Of a stretch of 64,000 nucleotides of DNA, positions 48,531 through 60,426 are shown in pieces (the stretch's first letter is position 1; the number at the start of each line of letters is the position of its first letter). The DNA lies in assembly GCA_008632985.1 (NCBI GenBank), contig QPGO01000029.1, positions 124,001 to 188,000 of the forward strand, given 5' to 3'. This stretch comes from Psammoneis japonica. Lineage: Eukaryota. A program made the position numbers and the translations under genes. The notes beneath the pieces are model-generated. The model saw nothing but the letters and a program-made list of their open reading frames with translations, was not told the origin of the DNA and ran no database searches.

Positions 48531-49301
48531 CCGCTGCACACTGCAGAAAGTGATGCCCTGCCAATGTTGAGAAAGCTGCAGCAACCACTGGAGAAGCAGC
48601 AAAAGACACAAAGCTCTGGGAAGCATTGAAGTGCAAAACATGTGAGAGCACTCAAAAGAGCTCCCACCCACTCTGCCTCAAATGGCGCCTCTGCACTGGC
48701 AAAAGACACCACAAGAGCCAGCTGAGTTTGAGGATGAACTGTTCTTGTCTCTGCACCTCCATGATGGCAAGGCGCTCAAGTCACTTGCAGCCAAAGCAGA
48801 GGCTTTCAAGGCAGAAGCTCTGCTGCACAAGTGTGCGCGGCTGCTCCCGAAAGAACTGCTGCCATGTGGTGAGTGTGCACACTTGCAAACAACGTTGTCC
48901 ATGGTGGCATTTGCTCCACTCCATTGTCAACAACACCTGTTTCCTGTGATTCATCCTCACCAACAACTGACAGGCTTCATTTCTGCCAACAAGAAGTGGG
49001 GCCATGGCCAAACATGGAGTGTCTCTGAAGAAGAGTGCGACGACCCCCAGCAGGGAGTGGCTCTCCGCGTGCTTTTGGGGCACGCAACACGCAACGAAGG
49101 CTGCCATGAAGTGGTGGCGCACAAGCTTTGTTTTAGGTTGATGTCCGCCTTTCTTTCCTTCTCTCTTCTTCTTTTCTCTTTCTTCCCTTCTCTTCCTTCC
49201 CGCCCTCCTTTACAGCATGTCTCTATCTGCTTCCGCCCCTGACACCTGACGCCTCTCTCCGCACATCGCGCGCATCCACGGAATTGTTGCCTTCGGCCGC
49301 A

Positions 49302-49329
49302 GTCGTCGGTCGTCGGTCGTCGGTCGTCG
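49302..49329. repeat. (GTCGTCG)4 tandem repeat upstream of GNAT gene
   Basis: gtcgtcggtcgtcggtcgtcggtcgtcg. Confidence 0.9.
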
Positions 49330-49383
49330 TCTTCGGTGCAGTTTTTTACTTTTGCTCCTTTCCAACTTCGACCAGGGTCGCCC

Positions 49384-50469
49384 ATGACGATGACGACGTT
49401 GCCAACAGGAGCAATAGCAGCGGGTCATTCACGTTCATGGTACTGGCTAGTAATTGTTCTAACTGTTGTGCATAAGACGCAGAGTAGCGCTTTTTATGGT
49501 TTTAAACAGAGATGCTCGTTTGTGACACCAAGAAAAGTACCTGCTGCAATTCGAGTCAAAAAGGGTTCTTTTTCTCGAACGTTTCTCTTTTTTCGCACTG
49601 TGGATCCACCAAGACCAAAGACGCCGTGGAAAATTCCGGAAAAAGCTAAAGAAGAGCTGCAATCAGGAAAAGTAAATCTTCCATACACATTTAAACTTGG
49701 TTACGACGATGGGGAATCTGCAGCATCTGCTGACTCGGCAACTCTGAATAGCACGGAGAGAATACTGACTGTACGGTATTTAGAGACTGAAGATATCGCC
49801 TCCATTCTTCCAATGTGCGTGACCGAATTCGGGCCAGGCCAAACCGCTCAATTAGGGGATTTTCCGTGGGAGGATTTGACATCAACAAACGTGAAGGATT
49901 GGTGGGAGCGATTCGCCTTTGTAAGGCTTCTTGCACTTGCAATGCGACTCAAGATTCAACGGCGAAAAGACGGAAATAATCCTTCCAACCCTGCCAAACC
50001 AGATGATAACATTCTGTGTCTGCAGCAAGATGATAAAGTTGTCGGTATGGTAGAATTGAGCTTGGAACCGCCGTTTGCAGAACGCAACCCGCCACCATGG
50101 CCGATTCCAATGTTTCTCAAGGAGCTCTTTTGCGAACAAAAGGGTATCCCCCCACCGGATGGTTGGATAACAAACTTGCTTATCGATGACCGATATAGAC
50201 AATTGGGGTATGGGAAAGTTCTAATGTGGGCAGCGGAAGGGCTGGCTCTTTCATGGGGCTGCAATTCAATATATTTGCATACTGTAGCCGACAGCATCGG
50301 TGGAGCGATACCTCAGGCCCTGTATCGTGGTCTTAACTACGAGCCGGTAGTAGATCAACAGTCGGCCCAGAAGTTCGCTTGGATGGGTCCCGAGATGCTG
50401 AATTCTGGGCTGTACATTGTGGAAGGCGTACCGCTGTTGTTCCTGCAAAAGCGTTTGAATGCATCGTAG
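49384..50469 (+). CDS. GNAT-family acetyltransferase, probable plastid presequence
   Basis: VVGMVEL, WITNLLIDDRYRQLGYGKVLM (motif A), IYLH, ALYRGLNY; signal ending SSA-F. Confidence 0.85.
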   Translation: MTMTTLPTGAIAAGHSRSWYWLVIVLTVVHKTQSSAFYGFKQRCSFVTPRKVPAAIRVKKGSFSRTFLFFRTVDPPRPKTPWKIPEKAKEELQSGKVNLPYTFKLGYDDGESAASADSATLNSTERILTVRYLETEDIASILPMCVTEFGPGQTAQLGDFPWEDLTSTNVKDWWERFAFVRLLALAMRLKIQRRKDGNNPSNPAKPDDNILCLQQDDKVVGMVELSLEPPFAERNPPPWPIPMFLKELFCEQKGIPPPDGWITNLLIDDRYRQLGYGKVLMWAAEGLALSWGCNSIYLHTVADSIGGAIPQALYRGLNYEPVVDQQSAQKFAWMGPEMLNSGLYIVEGVPLLFLQKRLNAS

Positions 50470-50631
50470 CGTGAATATTCATACCACATTACGACACTAC
50501 ACCGAGTGAAGGAAAACACTTTGAACCGTGTTTGAATCACTCTATGTTTATATGTAACGTTTTGTAGATAGACGAACTGCTAATAATATACTCATTAAAT
50601 TCAAAAATTAACTTTTTCCCTCGATTCCCCA

Positions 50632-52584
50632 CTACGAGTTCATCAAAAATTCAAACAAGTGATCATCGACATCGCCGGTACTCCAGAAATCATCCGGATT
50701 GGACAACGACAATGCTCGAGCCTCCTTGGATCCCGTACCACTGGCCCCTGCCGTTTGCCCTGCATATTGAGAAGCTTCCGCAGAAACAGCGGCAGCTGCT
50801 GCTTCGCCCTCCATGCTCTTATTTTCCGGATGCATTTCCTTGGAATCGTCGTGAGATGATTCTTGTTGCTGTTGCTGCTCTTGTCCCATGGCATTTCTGT
50901 ACTTGTTGAGTTCCTGCTGCTTGAGTGCACGCATCTTGTTTTGAAATGCCATTTGATTCTGCATTTCCCGCTTCATAAAGTTGGTTTCCTCTACATTGGA
51001 CCTTGTAGAGGGTAGGTTCAAGTGCTGTCCCGGCGGATGCTGTGCCTTGCCCCCGTCTCCCACAATCGCAGCAGCAGCTTCATGATGTGGAGAAGAACCA
51101 TCCGGAAGATGCTGCTGCGGCTGCATATCAACAGCTTGACTAGCGGGTGTAGCCCAAGTCACACCATGATCCGCACGAGTAGGAAGCGGTTGTTGCTGTT
51201 GCAGATGCATATTCCCAGAAGCTGGCACTAGTGGTTGCACGGCAACGCTAGTCGCCGTAGTGTTGGTCGAGCCATTGTCCGTCACAACCGGCAAACCCGT
51301 TGTTACATCCACGTGGCTTTGAGCACCAACCATATTATGGTTATAGCCACTAGCTCGGGCACGCTGTTCCATGAGTTGCTGTCGCAACGAGAAGAACAGA
51401 CCCATCAAGTAGCCCATCGAGGCACCGATGGAGGAGTGCTTTTCGGCTTCAGTGAGTTTTGGAAGCGTTACTATCGCCCCATCTGATTGACTTGGTTGTA
51501 CAGAGCCTTGATTCGTTTGTTCTTGGTGAGGAGGTGGGGCGTTGTTATTCTCGGTGCTTGTATCCATCATGGTCGAGTAGGCAAGGTGAGACGCCACCTC
51601 GCCACTCGATAAGGACTTGATGACGGCACCGTCGAGAGTTCCATTCTGAAACTTGGTCACCGATGCCTCATAAGACGACATGAATTCCTGTTTGGACTTT
51701 TCTCTATGAATTCTGTACTTTTGTAAATGACTCTTGACTCGTTCACTAGTCACTTGTTCGTGCCGAGGCATGAATTCCAGCAGAGCCGATGGAGACGCGT
51801 GCTTGAGACCGACATCAAAAATGGCAGACACAAAGTCACGGTGAAGATCTTCGGGCCACGTGAAGCGTTTGGACCATCGTCCGTCCGACGCAGATCCCTT
51901 TTTGCGGCCCTTTCGTTCCGTCTTGTTGTTATTGTTGTTGCCATTGTCGGAGGCAGGCCGCTTTCGTGTTCTTCTGCCTCGAGAGGTTACAATCGAGTCA
52001 TCTGCCGGCGCTGCCGTGATGGCTGGAGCGTTTCCGTGTTGCTGGGTAGAAGTATCTTGAGGTTGTGGGGCATGTTGGTGTTGTTGCTGTGTAGGCATGA
52101 ATTGATTGTGTTGTGGGTACGGAGGTTGCGGCATAGGCATGAGTTGAGGGGCAGCATACGAAGGAGGCTGGTGCGGTTGCTGTTGTTGTTGGTGGTGAGC
52201 CGTTGGCTGCTGTTGCTGTGTAAAGTGTGACGGAGGAGGAGGAGGCATGTTCGTCGGCGCTGCCATGGAGTGTTGGGGACCAACAGCAGGTAGCTGCGGA
52301 GTGCTACTGTGCGTCAAACTCTCGTACACCTTCATCAAATCCGGTACAAGACTTGATCCGTGTTGAGCATGGTAGAACGGCGGGTGCTGTTGCTGAGGCT
52401 GCGTTACCTGGTTTGTATTTTGTTGCGACTGAGAAGCAGCCCCGTCATGTTGCTGATTTCCTTGCTGGGAGAGCGAAGAGAGACTCTCATGTTCACTCAT
52501 TGCAGAGGGACTTGTTGATCTTTCAAAAACAACCACGGTGCTGCCAATGATTTCAGGCTCACTGTTCCTCTGCCCTCCTTGCAT
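50632..52584 (-). CDS. GARP/MYB SHAQKYF-class transcription factor
   Basis: KRFTWPEDLHRDFVSAIFDVG...ASPS...VKSHLQKYR; Q/P-rich regions; C-terminal coiled-coil-like MKREMQNQMAFQNKM. Confidence 0.9.
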   Translation of the reverse strand: MQGGQRNSEPEIIGSTVVVFERSTSPSAMSEHESLSSLSQQGNQQHDGAASQSQQNTNQVTQPQQQHPPFYHAQHGSSLVPDLMKVYESLTHSSTPQLPAVGPQHSMAAPTNMPPPPPSHFTQQQQPTAHHQQQQQPHQPPSYAAPQLMPMPQPPYPQHNQFMPTQQQHQHAPQPQDTSTQQHGNAPAITAAPADDSIVTSRGRRTRKRPASDNGNNNNNKTERKGRKKGSASDGRWSKRFTWPEDLHRDFVSAIFDVGLKHASPSALLEFMPRHEQVTSERVKSHLQKYRIHREKSKQEFMSSYEASVTKFQNGTLDGAVIKSLSSGEVASHLAYSTMMDTSTENNNAPPPHQEQTNQGSVQPSQSDGAIVTLPKLTEAEKHSSIGASMGYLMGLFFSLRQQLMEQRARASGYNHNMVGAQSHVDVTTGLPVVTDNGSTNTTATSVAVQPLVPASGNMHLQQQQPLPTRADHGVTWATPASQAVDMQPQQHLPDGSSPHHEAAAAIVGDGGKAQHPPGQHLNLPSTRSNVEETNFMKREMQNQMAFQNKMRALKQQELNKYRNAMGQEQQQQQESSHDDSKEMHPENKSMEGEAAAAAVSAEASQYAGQTAGASGTGSKEARALSLSNPDDFWSTGDVDDHLFEFLMNS

Positions 52585-53636
52585 TCAAGGCAAATCGAGG
52601 TGAACCCTCCCTTCGCCCAAAAGCTAAGCTAAGGATATAGCATAAGACGTGCAAGTTGGTGAGCGATAAGAGTGATGACACGATGCCATATGAGACAAGA
52701 TTCAAAGCACACATCATCGTGACGAAAAAGCACAACAAAAAATGATCCTCGCTCTCGGAGGGAGTTTTCGCAGGCTTCGTTTAGTGCGAACCCCGATGAG
52801 AAGCCGAAAATACACAACACATCATGGCGTTCTTTCGACGTTGATGAAGGCACGTCGACCCGAGAAAACATCAGTCAAGTCATCTGGCACCATGGAAAGG
52901 CCGCATCAGCAAGAGATGACAGTTGCCCAAGCAAAAAGGCCGCTTTGCATCACAGAGTCCCTAGCTAGCACGTTTTCCACGACCACAGAAACAGCATCCT
53001 CCCTACGAATCACACCTTACACTGTAACTTGCCTTAATGCCAGAGGATGAAGAAAAACTTACGATTGGCTTTCTCGGAACACTCAAGTCAATGCCAACGG
53101 CAACGTATGATGATGGCCTCTCAACCGAGAAAGGCGAGGCAACAGCGACGACGACGACAACAGCAGATTCCGGATCTCGTGGGAGATTCATGAAATTTCA
53201 GATTCACCGCAGATTCGTCTGTCCGCACCAAAATTCCAAAAAAGCAAAGCACGAGACAACATCTATCCGGGCTTTCTTTTCCCAGTCCGTCCGGCCATCA
53301 GAACTTCCCTCCGACACACAACACGACGACAACCACAGGACCAACCGGCAAACCGCCTTCTGGGGGACGTCTTCGGAAGTGAGACTGTCGAAGAAAGTTA
53401 CGTAGAATTTGTACTAAAACAGTCTGTCAATCAGTGCGATTTGGTATTTGGGACCTCTGGACAGATCCTACGTGTTTTCTTGCGCGTACAAAATGTACTG
53501 GGAAAACCCCCAAACGCACTGGCGATCAGACCGCCTTCGACGATCTCACTTCCAAAGACGCCCCCCACTTCGTCGTCTCACCATAAAGCTCAAAGCACAG
53601 CCATCACATCGATCTGATCACGTGATCGCCGCAACC

Positions 53637-56034
53637 ATGGAGGAAGGCACCTATGATGAAGGCGCCTCTGACTACAACCGTCCTCGTCGTCCAAACACGG
53701 ATACAATTTCCTATTTACGGTCGTTGCCTCTCGATATACAAGCCTCGTCGGATGAAATTTCAAAATTTCTATTGAACAAGGATGAAGAATTTCCGCAGAG
53801 TTTGTCGGCCGCCATGTCTGCCATTGATGAAGTTCGAAATGAAGTTGCTTCGTTGGCAGGAGATGAGTATGGATCCCAGTGTATTGAAATCTTGACCCGA
53901 ATCGCCGCACCCTACTCCGAGATTGCCGCAAGAACACTCCTGTTGGGTCTCGCGGGATACCATGTTCACCTTGCGACACACCGGTACGGTTCTCACGTGG
54001 TTCAGACCGTGTTGCAGCTTGCCGTGTCTCCCGCGATTGAGAAGGACTTGGGCAAACATGACGACAGTCCGCAAATTTCAGGACAAGAAGAACTGCCGTC
54101 GCTCTCTGATTTGATTCTCGGTGTCGTACAAGAACTCTCGCCGTTCGCCTCGCAGCTGGCCGTTCATGTGTGCGGCTCTCACGTCTTGAGAACGCTGCTG
54201 TGTGTTTTGGGAGGAGTCGAACTGATTCCATCTCCTGGAAAAAAGCAAAGTAACGAACACTCGATATTTACGGAAAGCGGTGCTCTTCGTCGGGGAAAGC
54301 CAAAAAGCAAAAAGAAGAAAAAGAAAAAGCCGGATGGCACCGACCATGCTACACAACACGCTGGAATGATGCACATGGTGTACCTTTCCAAGTCACGAGT
54401 CGACAAGTCATTTCAAAAGGAGTTTGCTCGAGCGCTTGAATCTCTAACAGAAGCATTGTCGGGCTGTCAAACGGAAGGTCCAGGCGAACTACAGCAAATG
54501 GCGTGTCATTCTAGTGCTGGGCCACTGTTAATTGTTTTGCTGCGAGTGCTAACGTACTCATCGCATCCCCCAGAGAACACTGAAACCAAGCAGCAAGACG
54601 ATGAAAGTCGTGCGATTGCGGATTTTCGTCTTGGAATTCTCAAGCCAGAACCCACCTTTGAATTGAATTCGCCAGCTCATCGGTTGGCGGAACGCATCTT
54701 GTGCTTGCAGCCGACAGCGGCAGCCGCAAACCAAAAGTATGCCGGCGACGTAATTTTTGGTCTTTCGGGAGAACCTCGTGGCTCTCACGTCTTGGAAACG
54801 CTACTGCGCACAAGTCTCAATGAAGTGTACGGTTGCATATTGGAATGTGGCGACTTTGCAAACCCAACCACGCTGCAAGACTACGTCGTGCACGACGTGA
54901 GCAATTTTGTCATTCAAACCGTATTGAATACTCTTCGGACCAAGGAACAGGCGGAAGCCATGTTGAAGAGCTTGGACCGTTCCATGAGTAGTGGTTACGT
55001 GTTGGATCCAACGAACAAACGGAGGGCAGTCTTGTGGAGAGCGACTGAGTTGGCGGCTAAATACCGTGTTGGCCAAGATGCTCTACTCAAGGCTGTCCGA
55101 TTGGGCTTTGCCGCTCTAGCAGAAAAGAGCAATGCCGGAGACGAATCAAGTAGAGACAAGCCGTCAGAGGAAGGCGAAGAAGAAGGAAAGAAGAAGAAAA
55201 AGAGGCGACGAAAAGCATCAACCATGCCAGTTCAGGAATGTGTGAAGAAGCTTCTTGATATTAAGCCGCCAGAAAACGGTCGGGTCGTTATTGATGTGGC
55301 GGGTGCGCGGACGATTTACAATTTACTGAATTTTCCTCCTCGATTGTGTGGAGATGTGCTTGACGGTATTGTTGTAAGCTTGTCCGAAGATGAGTTGGAA
55401 TGGATCATTAAAGATGGGCTTGGTAGTCGATGGTACGTTTTGTTCTCTGTGCTGTCACTTTCAGCTTGATTTGATTCTCTGGCTGACGAATTCCGTTTGT
55501 TTCTTCATTATGATTTTACAGCATAATGGATGGTATTCTAGAGAATAGCAATAAAAACGATGAAGTCTTTGTAAAGGCCGTCACGGACATTGTCAAGAAA
55601 CTGAACGGGCGTTGGGTTGGACTTGCCGTGGATCGCGTCGGACATCACACGGTGAAGAAAGTATTTTGGGCCCTTTCCGACATGGACGATAGGGCTGTCA
55701 TGGCGGTGGAGCTTGCACAGAGTATGAATCGACTGAGTGGAAATGCCATGGGACGTACTGTGATTGACGAATGCTGCTTGAAGGAATTCAATCAAGGAGA
55801 AAAGGCGTGGAAGGATGCTGTCAACAAGAAGCTAGAAAGGAGGCATGGTTAGCAGAGCTTGGAGACAACAGCAAAGAGAAGCATACCGGCAAGAAGAAAC
55901 GCAAGCGCAAGAGACACAAATCAGGGGGTACCAACGAGGCAGAGCTTGATGACGGGGGAGAGGCTAGTGGTGCCGCAAAGCAACAAAAGCACTCCGTCGT
56001 TGAATCCATCATGAATGTCATGTCAGTCAAATAA
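53637..56034 (+). CDS. NOP9: Nucleolar protein 9 (Pumilio-like repeats); intron 55433-55521, frameshift near 55850
   Basis: DTISYL, GSQCIE, HRYGSHVVQT, GSHVLRTLL, GSHVLE, SNFVIQ, DRVGHH repeats. Confidence 0.88.
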
Positions 56035-56209
56035 AGATCTCTTTTTAATTCTTTTTTTTTTTTATTCAGCGTTTTATAATAGTACTGGCAGTATTGCGCC
56101 TGTTCCTTTTCGGACTTGCTTGCAGCCTGTGGCTTTGCAAGGAAAGCGGCGCACTTTCTTCGCATTTAACTCGCCCTCGCTGCCAACACTATTTTTCACC
56201 AACATGCGT

Positions 56210-57673
56210 CTACGGGATCTGATACACAAGCTCAATCGGGGTACTCTTCATTAGCACTGACCATCTCCGTCTTCTTCGGACTTTCTTCTTGACATGGCAT
56301 ACTTAATTCGGCAGTTGTACAATCGAGAGTTCTCCTTTGTACGAGTCATTTCGAGTCCACCCGTCAGCCTTGTCGATTGCCCCCTTATCAGAGGAATGCT
56401 GGAAAGGAAATGGAAGGTTTGTTGTCCCCAATGCGTGTACCCGTTTTCTGGTCCAGTACTAAGAAAGGTGGGACTAGGAAGCTTTGGTGCGTCGCTCCCA
56501 TTTTCGTCTGTTCGAGACTTAAAGTCTGCGTAAACCACCCCGCAAAGCCACTCACAAAGCCAGTAATCTCGCTTCCGTCGATTAAGAAATCAAAGTCACT
56601 ATATTCGGCGTCCTTTGCGATCCCTCGAGAATCTTCGATGGTGCAAGTCATCATGTCAAGAAACTTGACTGCACTAGGTTCATCGAGAACTGCTTCTGGT
56701 GATAGCTCGGACCATCGGCTCGATAAGAGATAGTACTCTTTCTGTTCCCGTTCAAAATCAGGTTCCAAAACACTCATATCTACGCCGTACACCGCCTTAG
56801 TTGATTCTGCAAACTCGTGCCAATCAGCCATGGCATTGGAATACTCTGTATTTGAGGCCTTGCGTTCTTCCTCGTCCTGGATTGGAGCAAAATACATGGT
56901 GGTGTGCGAGGGAAACATGAGACCTGTCCTTTTCTTGAGAAACTTGTCTCGCGCACGGACGAGCGAGTCAAGCATACTCTCGCGAAGTAGAAAGTATCCC
57001 ATCCATTCCGAAATGATAATGTCGACAACCAAATTGGTCCCTTCTTTTTCAGCCTCGAGAGAATCCTCTTCAATCGGCAATTCAATGTCCTCCACAGCTC
57101 CCTGAATCACAGTAACAACATCCTCCACACCGTTGGCCTTCATGACACTTTCAGCATGCTTGGCCATGTCCGTGTATTCAACTATAAAGAAGCGAACCGT
57201 TCGTAGGTAATGTATTTAGCGGATAAAATTCTCTAAGTTTCCCATACTTCAACAACAAAACATGGACTTACCAGCATAAACACGTCGAGCTCCTGCTTGA
57301 GCTGCCCACACGGCAAGGATACCAGACCCGTTCCAACGTCCATGACAACCTTGTCTTTGAAAACAGCAGAATTTCCCAAAATGGCGGAATGATAAGCTGC
57401 CATGCGATTATGATCGGTAAGCATTTGCTTTTGATGATAGAGCTGTGCATACGAACAGAAATAATTGGCAAAGTCGGTCGCTTTTGCCTGTTCACTTCCG
57501 TTGAAGGATGGGATTTCTCCCGTTTCCGAGGCATTGACAAATTGATGATCCGTCATGGCGAGTTTTGTAGTGCAATGCCGCAAGCGAGAAGAACAAGTCG
57601 GAATAATAGTAAAGGCGGATACAGTGTTACTGAGCCACGTGAATGCCAACAACACCAACACAAGGCAGCACAT
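56210..57673 (-). CDS. PRMT10: Type I protein arginine methyltransferase, PRMT10-like, with signal+transit-like N-terminus; intron ~57183-57271, frameshifts
   Basis: DFANYFCSYAQLYHQKQML.D..RM.AY, VMDVGTG, VDIIISEWMGYFLLRESML, THW loop (YTHWGQ). Confidence 0.85.
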
Positions 57674-58532
57674 GCATCAACAACAAATTCTCAACGGATT
57701 GTGAGAATCTTTCATCGGCATCAAAGCAGAAAGCAGACGCTTTGTGTGGTGGAACGCTGTCAACGGTCGAGGGGCGGACGATTCGGAAGAGTCCCGCCGC
57801 CGCGCCGCCCTTTCATTCGTGCGAGAAGCAAAACGCGACCCCGTTCAATGCTCTGGGACGACAATGGTCCAAGGCCTACCGGTGTTCGCTAAGTTTTCGC
57901 AAGAGGTCAACCACCAAGGTGTGAAAACAAATCTCACCCAAGAAAAACCCAGTGCGTGGTCGGATTCCGCGAGTTGATGGTCCCGCGTGATTGCGAATGA
58001 AAATCAACACACAATGCACGGAAATTTCATTGGGACAGAATGAACGAGACCATTTGATTGGTGAAAACACCGTGTCGAAACAAAAAGGTGAGTCAGAGGG
58101 TGCGGACCCTTTTTTGGTTTTCTGAGCTGTCCCGCGCAAGCTAAAGAGACAAAGTGAGCTAAACCAACGGTTATGTTCAATGCAATGGGCTTGCAGAAGG
58201 ACGGGGCAGGAATTATTCATACGACACGAGTACATACGGTACTCCCTTTGGCAACGACAAGGATAGACAGTGCCACTATTCTCTATTCTAGTAGAAAGGT
58301 TCATGCAACAAGGGACGTACGCGTATGCATCTCTCATATCATTGACCCGTCACAGAGAAAAGTGAAACAAATCCAACAATGGGACGAGCAACTCAATGCG
58401 CTTTGAAAAACACGCCACGAGTAGTCTCTAGAAAGAACAGATATAAAGAAGGCAAGAGTTTTCATGATCAATCGGTGTATTCCTACAATCGTTTAGAAGA
58501 ACCATAAATCTCACATTGGCACAATCGATTCT

Positions 58533-60078
58533 CTAAATCATCATGGTCCGTAGTGCCCGCTCCGTTCAAACAACGACGTAACCACATTGTCCATGTTGGC
58601 AATCACCTTGAGTCCCTTTTCCATGGCCATGTCCTTTTCCGCTTCTTCATAGACGACAAGCTGTCCCTTGCCTTGATCCAGAATGCCATGAAACTTTTCA
58701 TCCAAAATCATTTGCGACAACTTCTTTTCCACCACGGGCAGTGGCATTTCAATGAGTTGAGCAATGTGCGAAATTTCCACACAAGAATAGGGTTCAATGA
58801 TGCGAATCAAGTTGCTTTCGAGCAATTGATTGTGCAAAATGTGCAAATGATGCGAAATGAGCAAGTCATCCTGCAATTCCGTCGGGTACTTCTGAATAAC
58901 GGCTTCAAACTCTTTCAGAGAGCGGCTCGAGGCAGCCTTGGCAATGGCAGACATGGCTTCAATGTTGGGTCCCGCGTACTTGACGCCCTGTCGTCCCGAA
59001 ATCATGCCGGATATATCCACCTCGGCGCGGTCCGATTTCACACCTGCGAGTGAAAAAGAAGTTACGAAAGCGTTTGGTGAGAATGATGGTACAACAAACA
59101 ACAGCAATCAACACATCATCCATAAAATCATTTCCAATAGTAACTCACCCACTCCACCCTTGGCACTGAGTTTAAGTGCACGCTTGAGACTATCCAAAAT
59201 CCGACAAAGCATCATGTACTTGAGACAGGGCACAGCTTGCACTTCATCATTCATTTGATCCAACTGTTCAAAAGCTTCCAAAAAGTACGAATGCGCCGTA
59301 TCAAATCGCCTCTTCGCAATGGAGCACACCCGACATTTTATCAATGGACGCTTGCAACCCCGGTGCGACGTAAATGGCATTGGCATTGGTCCGGCTTGCC
59401 GTTAATGCCGCCTTGGATTTGGCAACGTTGCGCAATCCAAAATGAATCTTGCTTTCCAAGAGATGCGTTTCCACCAAGAGTTGCTTATCATCCAATTTCT
59501 TAAGTTCCAACAAGAGCTCATCCACCAACGCTAACGCGGGTCCGTACTTTTCTTGTTCAAACAAGACGTGCGCCAATTTGGCTTGAACGCGTTGACGCAA
59601 AAAGGTACGTTTTTCGCGTTGTGTCCACGCAATGATGGAATTGCAAATTTCTTGTTGCATTTCGAGTTCGGACGGTGCCACGCTACAAACAATGTCCAGG
59701 ACTTGACGTACCACCTTGGCGCATTTTGCCTTGGTTACTGTATCAAAAAAGGACCGACACACGTCGCCCGTGAGCAATTGCACCACGTCTTGATAGGACT
59801 TTGTTTCACAATAGGCGCGTGTCAAGGCATAGACGGAACGTTCTTTGAGAGAGGTTGCTTTGGATCCGTAGCGTTCTTGGGGATCGATAGAATCTTGGTC
59901 AAGAGGGGGATACGCTCTGCTGCTGACGACGCTTCTTCAGAGGATTCAAAGAGCTCCACCAGATCCGAGATGTCTTCCTCTTCGTCATCGTCTTCGACAA
60001 CACTTTCCACGACCGGTTTGGGCTCTTCTGGAGCGGATCCACATCCATGGCTTCTGCTCCTCCTTCTTCTTGTGACAT
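58533..60078 (-). CDS. RPN6: 26S proteasome lid subunit RPN6/PSMD11; intron 59044-59148, several frameshifts
   Basis: KAKCAKVVR, EKRTFLRQ, ELKKLDDKQLLVE, KAALTASRTNANAIY, SYFLEAFE, NLIRIIEPYS.VEI, VEKKLSQMILD.KFHGILDQG. Confidence 0.95.
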
Positions 60079-60426
60079 GTTGTTGTCCAGTGTATAGGGT
60101 GTTTGTTCAAAGCTACTCGCTGTTGTTGCAGCGTCAATGTTCAAGGTGCCGTCGTTGCATTGCGATGTGAAAAGAATGCCGGCGAAAAAGTCGGCGTCTG
60201 TCTGTCACGCAGCCAACGTTAGATGTCTGTCACACCGCGCGCGCGCGCACAACATCGCGATCCACGCCTGCACGTCACCCGTTGCGCGCCAATTCGTCGG
60301 AGGACGGTGCGACGGCCGCATTTTCCTCAAAAAGATTCACACCATGGCGGCCGCAGCGTCGTTGTTTGTTGTTTGTCTCTAACTTGCCCGCCAAAAACAA
60401 TCTCTATCAATATAGTTTCTTTTAAA

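Noticed and set aside
36850..49200. Numerous Cys/His-rich ORFs as novel metalloproteins
   Set aside because: They overlap in all frames, lack Tyr, and are explained by stop-codon loss and Tyr->Cys/His decay of TE sequence.
50632..52584. Naming the GARP factor PSR1/PHR1
   Set aside because: The SHLQKYR domain is clear but the LHEQLE coiled-coil signature is absent; orthology cannot be shown by eye.
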